Shown piece after piece: positions 13,701-23,206 of a DNA stretch of 64,000 bases. Positions within the stretch are counted from its first letter, which is position 1; each line of letters begins with the position of its first letter. This DNA comes from Candidatus Oxydemutatoraceae bacterium (lineage in GTDB: Bacteria; Pseudomonadota; Gammaproteobacteria; Poriferisulfidales; Oxydemutatoraceae). Both the position numbers and the translations under genes were made by a program. The stretch lies in NCBI GenBank assembly GCA_965218975.1, contig OZ244717.1, positions 338,347 to 402,346 on the forward strand, written 5' to 3'. Under the pieces are notes generated by a model. The model was not told the origin of the DNA, searched no databases, and saw nothing but the letters and a program-made list of their open reading frames with translations.

Positions 13701-15981
13701 CCCGCGTATTCCGTAGCTATATGCTACGGCCTCATTGAAGCTCTACGGTGATCTGACCGAGCACTTCCAACTCAGCGTATTCCGTAGCTATATGCTACGG
13801 CCTCATTGAAGCTACGCAGCGGTACGGCGTCTCGGAGCCGCACACTTGGGTATTCCGTAGCTATATGCTACGGCCTCATTGAAGCGAGGCAGCTTTGTCC
13901 ATTTGCTGGAGCCGCACGCGGTATTCCGTAGCTATATGCTACGGCCTCATTGAAGCCGGTGTAAAATCATCCATCAAAATAACGGTCTTGCTGTATTCCG
14001 TAGCTATATGCTACGGCCTCATTGAAGCTCATTGACTCGGGATATGGACGTCCTCGATTCTTTAGTATTCCGTAGCTATATGCTACGGCCTCATTGAAGC
14101 TATGCAAAAGATACCGAAGAATACAATAATTTGAAGTATTCCGTAGCTATATGCTACGGCCTCATTGAAGCTTTGAAGATCAATATGTATTCAATCGTTA
14201 AGTTGGGGTATTCCGTAGCTATATGCTACGGCCTCATTGAAGCACATTGGATAGTGCTGCGATTGAGCCTTTTATGAGAGGTATTCCGTAGCTATATGCT
14301 ACGGCCTCATTGAAGCCCATTCTCCAAAGCTGCCGCGAGAAACCCGTTCCCGCGTATTCCGTAGCTATATGCTACGGCCTCATTGAAGCCTCACTGCCTT
14401 CGTTTCCTTCCAGCATAATTACAGCGTATTCCGTAGCTATATGCTACGGCCTCATTGAAGCTATATTTTTTTTCTACATCTTCCATGTTTTATCTCCGTA
14501 TTCCGTAGCTATATGCTACGGCCTCATTGAAGCGCGGATGATAATTTGTGCAATTCCCTCATTTGCCTTAAGTATTCCGTAGCTATATGCTACGGCCTCA
14601 TTGAAGCCCGGAAGTTAAAGTCCCCATGTCCGCAGTTAAAGCGGAGTATTCCGTAGCTATATGCTACGGCCTCATTGAAGCGGCTCGGCAATTTCAGTCA
14701 TCAAATCTTTATAACTCGTATTCCGTAGCTATATGCTACGGCCTCATTGAAGCATGATGGTGTTTTAGCACCGTCATGAATGATGTTAAGTATTCCGTAG
14801 CTATATGCTACGGCCTCATTGAAGCTTGTTGCAGTATTTATTTTTATCTCGCTTGTCATGTTGTATTCCGTAGCTATATGCTACGGCCTCATTGAAGCTG
14901 GTAAGCACATTCGACTCAACCATGGCTTTCCTCACGTATTCCGTAGCTATATGCTACGGCCTCATTGAAGCTGTGTGGCGGAATGTCCCTTTTGGGTATA
15001 GTTTATCCGTATTCCGTAGCTATATGCTACGGCCTCATTGAAGCAGCGAAGAAGCCGATGAGGCAGGCGTATATATAGTGTATTCCGTAGCTATATGCTA
15101 CGGCCTCATTGAAGCGACCGCTGTAACTACGACCTGTCACATTACATAATGTATTCCGTAGCTATATGCTACGGCCTCATTGAAGCGGTGCTTTACTCAC
15201 GCATTCAAGGAATCCGGCGCATGTATTCCGTAGCTATATGCTACGGCCTCATTGAAGCAAATCTCCGTTGTTGTGGTGCCGGCAAGAGCGCCGGGTATTC
15301 CGTAGCTATATGCTACGGCCTCATTGAAGCAACCTTTGCATCTGGGGATAAAAAACAGTACTGGAATGTATTCCGTAGCTATATGCTACGGCCTTATTGA
15401 AGCATTGCAAATCATCCATATACGGATAAGGAAACAAAGTATTCCGTAGCTATATGCTACGGCCTCATTGAAGCTTTGGCTTCTATTGTTCTGCGCGGTT
15501 CGGGTACGCATGTATTCCGTAGCTATATGCTACGGCCTCATTGAAGCCCAACTATTTGGTCAACACCTATCAACCCAGAAATAAGTATTCCGTAGCTATA
15601 TGCTACGGCCTCATTGAAGCGACTCAACGCTAATGACGCATACGGCAAAGCCGGATGTATTCCGTAGCTATATGCTACGGCCTCATTGAAGCGGCGTTGG
15701 GTAAATCTCAGCTAGTGCGTAAAGTGCACGTATTCCGTAGCTATATGCTACGGCCTCATTGAAGCGATTTTCTAAGTCAGGAAGCTCCAACCCGCAACAT
15801 AGGTATTCCGTAGCTATATGCTACGGCCTCATTGAAGCAAGCCGCTGTTATATCGAGTGGTCAAGGAGTGAGTGGTATTCCGTAGCTATATGCTACGGCC
15901 TCATTGAAGCTTTTCGTTATTGGGACGCAAGTCATTCCAGGAGACGTATTCCGTAGCTATATGCTACGGCCTCATTGAAGC
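10750..15981 (+). CRISPR. CRISPR array: 73 copies of the 36 bp repeat GTATTCCGTAGCTATATGCTACGGCCTCATTGAAGC and 72 spacers of 35-38 bp
   Basis: I located every repeat start by hand: first at 10750, last at 15946, with periods of 71-74 bp. The repeat has an internal hairpin, CCGTAGC-TATAT-GCTACGG, and ends in ATTGAAGC. One variant repeat at 15368-15403 has C>T at 15395. The leader and cas2 lie at the 5' side. Confidence 0.97.
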
Positions 15982-16010
15982 GCGATTAAATGTTTTTCGT
16001 AAATTTATGC

Positions 16011-16901
16011 TCAACGTTCACCACTGAATAAAGCCTCTTGAATGTCGCCTTGAATACAATTCTTCACGCCATTCGCATTTCTTTGTTTTGTATTTTTAAC
16101 AGGTTTCCTAAGTGGTTGCCCATTATGTTCAAGATACCCAAGAACTCTCCGCAAGCCAATTTCAACATGCTTTTGTGATCTTTCAATACCGATGCTTTTT
16201 CTACCTAATGTTCGTGCAACTGCATTAGTAGTAAATGCTCCTGCAAACGGGTCAAGAATTATATCTTCTTTATTTGAACTTGCTTGAACAATTCTTTGAA
16301 GAAGCGTTTCAGGTTTTTGGGATGGATGATCTTCATATTCATCCATCTTGTAACGTACTCGAGGAAAATACCAAACATTTCCTGGAACTTTTTTCGTATT
16401 ATAAATCGTTGGAATCTTTTTTCTGTAGTCAATAAGTTTACGTTTAGCCCCCGTTTTAGCTTCTATAGCAATTGTGTCAGCGTTAAAAGTGTAATTATCA
16501 AGATCTTTCACACAGAAAAGAATCGGTTCATACATGGAACCATAATATTTTTTCGCTTGCACCCCCGAACTATCATATGACCAAATAATTCTGCTAAGTA
16601 TGTTTATTCTCTTTCTCAATATAATATCTATGTAGGGCATAGCTTGGGTGCTTGTCATCACATACATAGAGCCTTGAGATGAAAGTTTATCAATACAAAG
16701 AGTTAACCATTTCTCACACCATTCAGCATACGCTTCATCAGAAGGCCATTTGTCATCAAATCCATCAAAGCGTTTCCCAATGTTGTAAGGGGGATCAGCA
16801 AATATCAAATCAATTGAATTATTAGCAATTTTATCGCGTAATACTTCTATTGCATCGCCTTGGTAAATGGCATGATTTTTTATTTCGTATTTTTTAATCA
16901 T
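16011..16901 (-). CDS. DNA methyltransferase, beta-class N6-adenine/N4-cytosine type (DPPY)
   Basis: Motif IV, IFADPPYNIG, lies near the N-terminus. Motif I, LDPFAGAFTTNAVA, lies near the C-terminus, giving the beta-class order. The start is 4 nt downstream of the IS1595 transposase stop. Confidence 0.8.
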   Translation of the reverse strand: MIKKYEIKNHAIYQGDAIEVLRDKIANNSIDLIFADPPYNIGKRFDGFDDKWPSDEAYAEWCEKWLTLCIDKLSSQGSMYVMTSTQAMPYIDIILRKRINILSRIIWSYDSSGVQAKKYYGSMYEPILFCVKDLDNYTFNADTIAIEAKTGAKRKLIDYRKKIPTIYNTKKVPGNVWYFPRVRYKMDEYEDHPSQKPETLLQRIVQASSNKEDIILDPFAGAFTTNAVARTLGRKSIGIERSQKHVEIGLRRVLGYLEHNGQPLRKPVKNTKQRNANGVKNCIQGDIQEALFSGER

Positions 16902-16905
16902 TAAA

Positions 16906-17826
16906 TCAAGCTACCAATTGTTCATAAGTAATCGTCTTCCCAACCATGGCCTTAAAGAGATCATCAAGTCTGTCCTGTGTATCACGTTTCACATTGCCTT
17001 CATTAAGTCTGAATGTAAACTCATTTACATATTGTTGACAATGCTTCTTGCTCCAATTGTGGTAAACACCATTGAAGCCACGTTTAATCACTGACCATAC
17101 AGATTCAACTCCATTAGTATGCGCCATCCCGTTAACATATTCTCTTGCTGAATGTTTTACGCTTTCATGCTGATAATAGTCGCCTCCAATATCTTTATAA
17201 CCCTTGTGGTCATCCGTATAAATGGTGGTACCCACTTCAATGTTAGCAAGAACAGCACTATGAATAGTAGCCTTGTCTTCACCTTCAACTGGCATAGCTT
17301 TTACACGGCCTTCCCGTTCTCTCATACCCAGCACAGCCTGCTTTCCCACAGTACCGCGTCCGGCCTTGAGTTTCTTATGAGAGTGTTTATTCTTTTCAGC
17401 CCTACCAATATAGGTGGCGTCCATTTCCACTTCACCACTCAAGGCTTCAAGATTGTTGCCGCAAGCTAAACGTAGCCTATGCAGCATGTACCAGGCTGTC
17501 GGATAGCTAACGTCCAGTTCCTTGCTTAATTGCATGGCGGAAATACCTTTACGGGCGGTCATAAGCAGATACGCTGCAAATAGCCACATACGGGCATCAC
17601 GCACCCTGTTATGTTCAAGTGGGGTTTCTGTGAAAGCATTGAAATATCCGCGACAATCGCCGCACCAATAACCTTTCTTGTAGTTCTTTTGCTTGGTGAT
17701 TCTGCCGGTACAGCCGCATTTGACACATACAGGCTTAGTTCCCCATCTAAGCTGCTCAAGCTTCGGCAAAAATGTTTTCAAGGGCAATTTCATAATTGGA
17801 CTCTTTTGGCGATAGACCCCGTTCAA
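16906..17826 (-). mobile_element. IS1595-family transposase gene (intact)
   Basis: The N-terminal zinc ribbon is CVKCGC....WCGDCRGYF. The ISXO2-like DDE core is TIYTDDHKGYKDI...HESVKHSAREYVNGMAHTNGVESVWSVIKRG..GVYHNWSKKHCQQYVNEF.FR. The probable start is MKLPLKTF at 17793. I could not define terminal inverted repeats confidently. Confidence 0.8.
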
Positions 17827-18193
17827 TTGATTTATTGCGGGTCACGCCCCGTGCCTTTAGGCAGGCAACTTTTAGGAGCCACTCATCAACATCCGGAATC
17901 CATTGTTCCTTTGTATCCGAAGGCAGCAGAAAAAGTCTTTGCTTCCCACCTTCGAGAAAGGGACTTTGTAAATTGTCACGTATATTTTTTAAAAGTATAT
18001 CGCTTGCTACAGAATCATCATAAATTTTATGGCACCAATTCCAAATCGGACCAAGTTTATCGGCCTTATCAACCACTTCCCCTGTTTCATCAAGGAGGAT
18101 ACTAACAGGAATTAGCTTCTTGTCGAACGCCTTCTTAGGATCAACAAGAGATTTACCGATTTTGGAATTTCGGTAACGTAATTCTTCCTTCAT
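17756..18193 (-). CDS. Hypothetical protein (145 aa); its 3' end runs into the IS1595 upstream region and is possibly IS-truncated
   Basis: The ORF lies on the same strand as the upstream operon, 105 nt after the 300 aa gene. No recognisable motifs were seen. The last ~13-25 codons overlap the transposase start region. Confidence 0.4.
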   Translation of the reverse strand: MKEELRYRNSKIGKSLVDPKKAFDKKLIPVSILLDETGEVVDKADKLGPIWNWCHKIYDDSVASDILLKNIRDNLQSPFLEGGKQRLFLLPSDTKEQWIPDVDEWLLKVACLKARGVTRNKSIERGLSPKESNYEIALENIFAEA

Positions 18194-18298
18194 CTACCAA
18201 TTTAATCCAATCATGAATTGAGCGTTCTTTATAGATTGTTTCCATAGTCTGTTGTCCTCCTTATCGGAAATACAACCTCTGCATCGACAATTGCAGCT

Positions 18299-19201
18299 TC
18301 AATTCTTTCCATCTTCAGCGGCTTTGACTGCATCAACAACGTCATCAGCAAGTCGACGAAGTTCAACATATTCAAGCACTGCTAGTTCTCGAGAACCGCC
18401 GATAAAGCAAATCTCCCGGCATACATCTAGCACTTTGCCGGCAGGCGGCAGTTTGCCGCTACTTTCATTGTCGTCGGGAAGAAATCTTGTGAGACTCGCC
18501 GCCACGGCTTCTTGGACCGAAGCTATTCCAAAAACGGGATTCCTGGATACCATTGCAGATACAAACCATTCCCAGTGGGCTTTTGTTTGCCGAAGTATTT
18601 TTCCTATCCGGTCTTTCGCTATCCCGGATTGTATCTCGGCTCGCCGAACTAGCCGCTCCCGCCACCAAGCTCTCGCAAACGGACAATCAACAAGAACACT
18701 TTTGTTCCCCCGAACATGAGGCAATCCACCCAGTTGGCGTAGAACCGAACGCACGCAGTTGTCCGTTTGCTCTTTTCTTTTAGGGTTCTCGTTGGCCATT
18801 ATCCTGTCAATACGCTCTGCGCCTGTTTGTGATGCGATCCCATTACTTGCGAGGAAACTCGGTTCGATTCGACCTTCCCGAACGTGGCACATAGTGACAT
18901 GAGTCCAAAATAATGTGCTTGAGGCAATCGACAAAGAAAGGTTATTCCAGAGATCGTACATCTTGGATTCAGTGCTAGCTGGGGGATCCTTGAATTGCGC
19001 CTCGCTCATCTTGACCTGATACAGATCGGGATCAATCAAACCAGAAACCGGAATCTGCTCCATAGTTTTGATGAATGCTTCCCCGTCTCTGATCTCTTGA
19101 AGAAATGCCTCTTGTTTTTCGCTACCTTTCTCGCTAAGCAAATTCGCCCGGAATTTGGCCCACTCTTTGTCGTCAAGACATTTCCAATCAAGTTCACTCA
19201 T
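18299..19201 (-). CDS. Hypothetical protein (300 aa), operon partner of the sulfur-modification module
   Basis: An 8 nt overlap with the upstream gene indicates translational coupling. I cannot assign a family. The conserved-looking core is FWTHVTMCHVREGRI ... RQLGGLPHVRGNKSVLVDCPFARAWW. Confidence 0.6.
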   Translation of the reverse strand: MSELDWKCLDDKEWAKFRANLLSEKGSEKQEAFLQEIRDGEAFIKTMEQIPVSGLIDPDLYQVKMSEAQFKDPPASTESKMYDLWNNLSLSIASSTLFWTHVTMCHVREGRIEPSFLASNGIASQTGAERIDRIMANENPKRKEQTDNCVRSVLRQLGGLPHVRGNKSVLVDCPFARAWWRERLVRRAEIQSGIAKDRIGKILRQTKAHWEWFVSAMVSRNPVFGIASVQEAVAASLTRFLPDDNESSGKLPPAGKVLDVCREICFIGGSRELAVLEYVELRRLADDVVDAVKAAEDGKN

Positions 19202-20087
19202 CTTCGTGCCTCAATGGTGGGGGTACATCATGCGGATAAAGCAGCGTTGCAGCCTCCTCAGGTCTGAAATCCGGATCTTCCCAATTACAATTAGTGCAGC
19301 CTTTCGTTTCCAGATCATTGGCAAGCGATTCTAGAGCTTTGTAACTGCACCATCCTTCTTCACTATCTCCGTCGGAATCCTTGTATTTCCGTTGCAGTGC
19401 AGAAAAGCACGAAGTCACGACATGAGTCATAATGTCCTTGCGTTTATCCGAATAGTGCCCTTTGTCTTGAAGAAAAGTATAAAGAGCTGGACCACAATGT
19501 ACTACGAAGCGGAACGTGTCTCCATCAACAGCCTCTGTATAAAATTGGCCTTGCTTTAAGCTTTCGTCCGACCAAATAGAAATGAGTCCTTGAAGACCTG
19601 ATGCCCCAAGATTAAATACCGGCCCCTGCGCAAGCCAAGCACCCTTCGGAAATATTACTTCCAAACCATTCCAGTCGGGATGTACATCATCCTTTTCAGA
19701 ATCCAGAGTACAGAATATTTCCCGGATGCATACAATTACTGGAGTGAAGTACGGAGGCTCACCAAAGTTTGTGTTATTCCAAGCAATTTCCTGGGTCGGA
19801 TCTTGAGAACACTGAAGTTCCCGATACGCCGAGCGAGGCGCGGCCAAAGAACAAGCATACCGGGCATGTTTTTGCGCAATCAGTCGCTCGACCAGACGGG
19901 CACCCGTCACCGAATGCGTTAGCAAGAAGCGGCTTTTGTCGGAACTAAACCTATGTTGAACCTGACTATGTTGAACCTGATAATTGCCATTCGGGAAGGC
20001 ATCATTGCCTTCCTCAATTGCCGGATAATTACGCGCCAGAATCGCGTTCGCCCCGGGGGCGCTCTTGGCGTTGATGTCGGTATTCAT
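19194..20087 (-). CDS. Hypothetical protein (297 aa), operon partner of the sulfur-modification module
   Basis: There is a 4 nt start/stop overlap with the GHKL ATPase gene. No recognisable catalytic motif was seen. Confidence 0.6.
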   Translation of the reverse strand: MNTDINAKSAPGANAILARNYPAIEEGNDAFPNGNYQVQHSQVQHRFSSDKSRFLLTHSVTGARLVERLIAQKHARYACSLAAPRSAYRELQCSQDPTQEIAWNNTNFGEPPYFTPVIVCIREIFCTLDSEKDDVHPDWNGLEVIFPKGAWLAQGPVFNLGASGLQGLISIWSDESLKQGQFYTEAVDGDTFRFVVHCGPALYTFLQDKGHYSDKRKDIMTHVVTSCFSALQRKYKDSDGDSEEGWCSYKALESLANDLETKGCTNCNWEDPDFRPEEAATLLYPHDVPPPLRHEDE

Positions 20088-22051
20088 TCTGAAGTGCTTA
20101 TGGTGGGCTTAGTATCATCGGAGGGTCTCTTGCCAATCTCCACTCGGAGACTTGCTCCGGATTGGATAGGGACACCATCGGCTGCCAGTTTATATTCGGC
20201 CTCTACTTCGGTCGTAGTATTCTTTCCAAGATTGCCCAGCAAAATAGCAGGATAGGGTTTGGTAATTATTCTATCCGGCTGAATCGTTTTTCCATTGACC
20301 TTCGCCGCGGTGATTGCGGCAACACGATCAGTCCATATACGCTCAGTCGTTACATCCGAATGATCATCAACAACGAGACGGAGTTCCAGATCTTCACAAG
20401 GCTCAATGCAATGGATCCGGATTTTCCGGCGATTTGAAGCCGATGGAGTAACAACGATCTTAAAATATTGCGGCAAGGTCGGCCTTTCCCGAGAGCCGCT
20501 CCGGCTACTTTGCCGTCTTTTCCCGGTATTCTTGCTTCGGCCCTTGTTCCTGCCACCTGTCGTTCCCCCGGGCCCTGTTTCATGTGGTCGCCGTGAGGAT
20601 ATCCGTCTCTTAATCAGCGCGATTGTGCCCTGATATTCCCGACCGGCTTTTTTTCCTTGTCGGCTTCCGGCGGTGCTATCAGGGAAGACCAAGAAGTCGT
20701 CAGGGCTATACTCGTCAGAAGTAAGTTTTGGTATTACCTCTTCGATTTTCTTTTTAATCACATTAAATGCCTGACGTAGCTGCTTCCAGTCCTCGTTGCT
20801 GATAGCCTTCTTATCAAGCCGATTGTGTAGAGGCCCCTCAGCTTTTCCAATAAGATCGTGGAACCGGCGGGGCGCGCTCTTTGCGGAAACCAGAACCAAA
20901 CCTTCAAAGGCCTCATAGTCTGCAAAGTTAAAACCGGGAATGTTGCCGGTAATCCACATACCGTTCCTGCAAAGATTTACTCGCGTTCGCCCTGAAGGCG
21001 CCGGATGCTGAACGAAAAGTCTTACCGAGCCATCCAGGACCTCAACTTCATGGCGATAACCTCCTCGGTAGGCTTGATAGGCAAAAAATGCCTGTTCGCC
21101 CGGGAGATAGTCCTTTTTCCGTTTTTGTTCCCGATATTTCTCCAGAACAGTCTGCAACTGCTCACTCGTAAGTTCCCGCTGGGGCTTATTGCCCTCGCCT
21201 TCAATAACCACCTCGAGCTGCCCATCAGCTATTGCGACAAAAAAACTACAGGCAATAGCCTCCGGTACGGTATCAGATAGAAAATCCTTATCCTTACTAC
21301 GAAAACGGTTGAATGCAGGAACGATAACGGCAGTCCCATGTCCGGAATCCTTCTCAATATCCGCCAAAGCGTTTTTAATCAATATCGGAAGGTCATTTCC
21401 CCACGGGTATATGTATTCTCTTTTTTTGCGATCAACCAAGTAATAACCGTTAGCGCTCCGCCCTGTGTCGTCGCTCTGGTTAGCATAATGGGATGCGAGA
21501 ATTGCGTGGCCGCTTGCAATCCGTTTCCCGTTGCAAATACCACCGTAGAGTACATACCTGAGATCTGAGGCGGGAAATAACGAAAAATGCCCAACGCCGA
21601 AGGTACCGGACGCTCCACTTTCCTTGCGACTTCTGCCGTCCGACAATAATGCCGTCATTCTGTCTTTGTCGAGGCCAATACCATTGTCCGAAACAATAAG
21701 TGCCTGCTGCCAATCTTGTGATAGCGCTTCAGAGATTCTGTCAGCCACAATTTGCTCCTGATCATTGAGCGAACCGTTGTTTTCCTCCTCACGCCTTTTC
21801 ACTGCTTTCTTAAAAGCGGATTTATAACTCTCAATTCCAGGTATATCTTCGGTTTTTACCTCCGTAGTAGAAAAACGTACTATAGCCCTAGCCTCACGAA
21901 CCCCAGTGTAATGGAGGGCGGCGGCGGCATCCAGAGAATTTTGGATCAGCTCGCGCACAATTGCGAACGAACTCATCTCTCGGAAGCTGCTAATGCTAGC
22001 AGCCGTAAATCCGTAAGAGTCACTCGATTTGAAAAAATAAAGATCTGTCAT
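20084..22051 (-). CDS. GHKL-superfamily (sacsin/Hsp90-like, HATPase_c_3-type) ATPase with a basic low-complexity linker
   Basis: Bergerat-fold motifs are present: N-box FAIVRELIQNSLDA, G1 box VSDNGIGL and G2 box GASGTFGVGHFS. The C-terminal third contains an R/K/S/G-rich stretch (RNKGRSKNTGKRRQSSRSGSRER). A 4 nt overlap with the desulfurase gene stop indicates coupling. Confidence 0.75.
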   Translation of the reverse strand: MTDLYFFKSSDSYGFTAASISSFREMSSFAIVRELIQNSLDAAAALHYTGVREARAIVRFSTTEVKTEDIPGIESYKSAFKKAVKRREEENNGSLNDQEQIVADRISEALSQDWQQALIVSDNGIGLDKDRMTALLSDGRSRKESGASGTFGVGHFSLFPASDLRYVLYGGICNGKRIASGHAILASHYANQSDDTGRSANGYYLVDRKKREYIYPWGNDLPILIKNALADIEKDSGHGTAVIVPAFNRFRSKDKDFLSDTVPEAIACSFFVAIADGQLEVVIEGEGNKPQRELTSEQLQTVLEKYREQKRKKDYLPGEQAFFAYQAYRGGYRHEVEVLDGSVRLFVQHPAPSGRTRVNLCRNGMWITGNIPGFNFADYEAFEGLVLVSAKSAPRRFHDLIGKAEGPLHNRLDKKAISNEDWKQLRQAFNVIKKKIEEVIPKLTSDEYSPDDFLVFPDSTAGSRQGKKAGREYQGTIALIKRRISSRRPHETGPGGTTGGRNKGRSKNTGKRRQSSRSGSRERPTLPQYFKIVVTPSASNRRKIRIHCIEPCEDLELRLVVDDHSDVTTERIWTDRVAAITAAKVNGKTIQPDRIITKPYPAILLGNLGKNTTTEVEAEYKLAADGVPIQSGASLRVEIGKRPSDDTKPTISTSE

Positions 22052-23202
22052 GCTACTGCTACTCCTTCACCAAACTGCCGTTCAAACGCAAGAGCGGCAA
22101 GCATAATATCCTCCTCTGTGGTAAACCGGCCTAGGCTAATACGGACCGCCTGAAGCGCCGACAAAGGCGGTTGTCCGAGGGCCGTTAAAACATGAGACGG
22201 TTCAACCCCTCGTGACGAACAGGCAGAACCCGTTGAAATCGCCACGCTCCCTTCAAGCCCGGCAATTACTTCATCTCCGGATATCCCCGGAAACGACACA
22301 TTTAAACTTCCCGGTACACGTTGATATTTGTGCCCGTTCAGTTGAAGCCCTGGCGCGCTTTTCTGCAGTAACTGCCATAGCCGGGAAGTCAGTTTCCTGA
22401 TACGTAACGAATCCTTTTCTGTCTCATTCAACGCAATTTCACATGCCGCACCAAAGCCAACAACGAGATGTACGGGCAAGGTGCCGGGACGTAAGCCGCG
22501 CTCCTGACCACCTCCTGTAGCAACCGGCCCGATGCGATCAAAAGTATCGTTGTGGACATAGAGGACCCCAATCCCCATCGGGCCATATACTTTGTGCGAG
22601 GATAACGACAACAGGTCGATTCCAAGCGAATCGACATCAATTCCTATTTTTCCGGCGGCTTGGGTTGCATCCGTATGCATTAACGCACCATGCTCATGGG
22701 CAATCGACGCAATCTCGGCAACCGGATGAACAACTCCAATTTCGTTATTAACCAGCATAGCGGATACTATCGCAGTCTTATCGCTGATCGCATCTTGCAT
22801 TTCGTCCATATCCATAATGCCGTCCGGATTCACCCCGATCTTGCGGATAGGAACTCCATCCAAACCCAATGCTCGAACTGTTTCCAAAACTGCCGGGTGC
22901 TCGGTAGCTACAGTAATAATCTCGTTACGGCCAGTGCTTCTCTTGATCGTGCCTCGAAGCGCAATGTTGCAGGATTCCGTTGCGCCGGAAGCAAAAATAA
23001 TTTCTTGGTCGTCTGCGCCTAACAGGGCAGCTACCTGAGCACGACCTTCAGCTACGGCCCGCGCCGCATTCCATCCATAGGCATGATGGATTGCATGGGG
23101 ATTCCCAAAACGCTCTTGCAGAAAAGGCTGCATGGCATCTCGAACCCGGGGGTCAAGCGGAGTGGTGGCCTGGTAGTCCAGATACACCGGTGCAGAAGCC
23201 AT
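22048..23202 (-). CDS. Cysteine desulfurase (NifS/IscS/DndA class, PLP-dependent)
   Basis: VYLDYQATTPLDPRV is at the N-terminus. The PLP-lysine motif is SSHKVYGPMGIGVLYV and the active-site cysteine loop is STGSACSS. The probable start is the ATG at 23202 (MASAPVYLDY), 4 nt after the upstream stop; the listed ORF extends to 23274. Confidence 0.9.
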   Translation of the reverse strand: MASAPVYLDYQATTPLDPRVRDAMQPFLQERFGNPHAIHHAYGWNAARAVAEGRAQVAALLGADDQEIIFASGATESCNIALRGTIKRSTGRNEIITVATEHPAVLETVRALGLDGVPIRKIGVNPDGIMDMDEMQDAISDKTAIVSAMLVNNEIGVVHPVAEIASIAHEHGALMHTDATQAAGKIGIDVDSLGIDLLSLSSHKVYGPMGIGVLYVHNDTFDRIGPVATGGGQERGLRPGTLPVHLVVGFGAACEIALNETEKDSLRIRKLTSRLWQLLQKSAPGLQLNGHKYQRVPGSLNVSFPGISGDEVIAGLEGSVAISTGSACSSRGVEPSHVLTALGQPPLSALQAVRISLGRFTTEEDIMLAALAFERQFGEGVAVA

Positions 23203-23206
23203 ATGT

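Noticed and set aside
10786-15945. Self-targeting spacers against the islands in this window
   Set aside because: Spot checks of distinctive spacers against the IS, R-M and sulfur-operon sequences found no match by eye. I could not do an exhaustive comparison, so nothing is reported.
10721-15956. About a dozen listed ORFs on both strands translating to ...YSVAICYGLIEA... or ...FNEAVAYSYGI...
   Set aside because: They are read-through translations of the 36 bp CRISPR repeat plus spacers. The periodic identical peptide is an artefact of the array, not a protein.
15979-17840. Possible IS1595 terminal inverted repeats (CGCGATTAAAT near 15980 versus ATTTATTGCG at 17830-17839)
   Set aside because: The match is only about 9-10 nt with an indel and overlaps the last CRISPR repeat. 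This is too weak to define IS ends without other copies for comparison.
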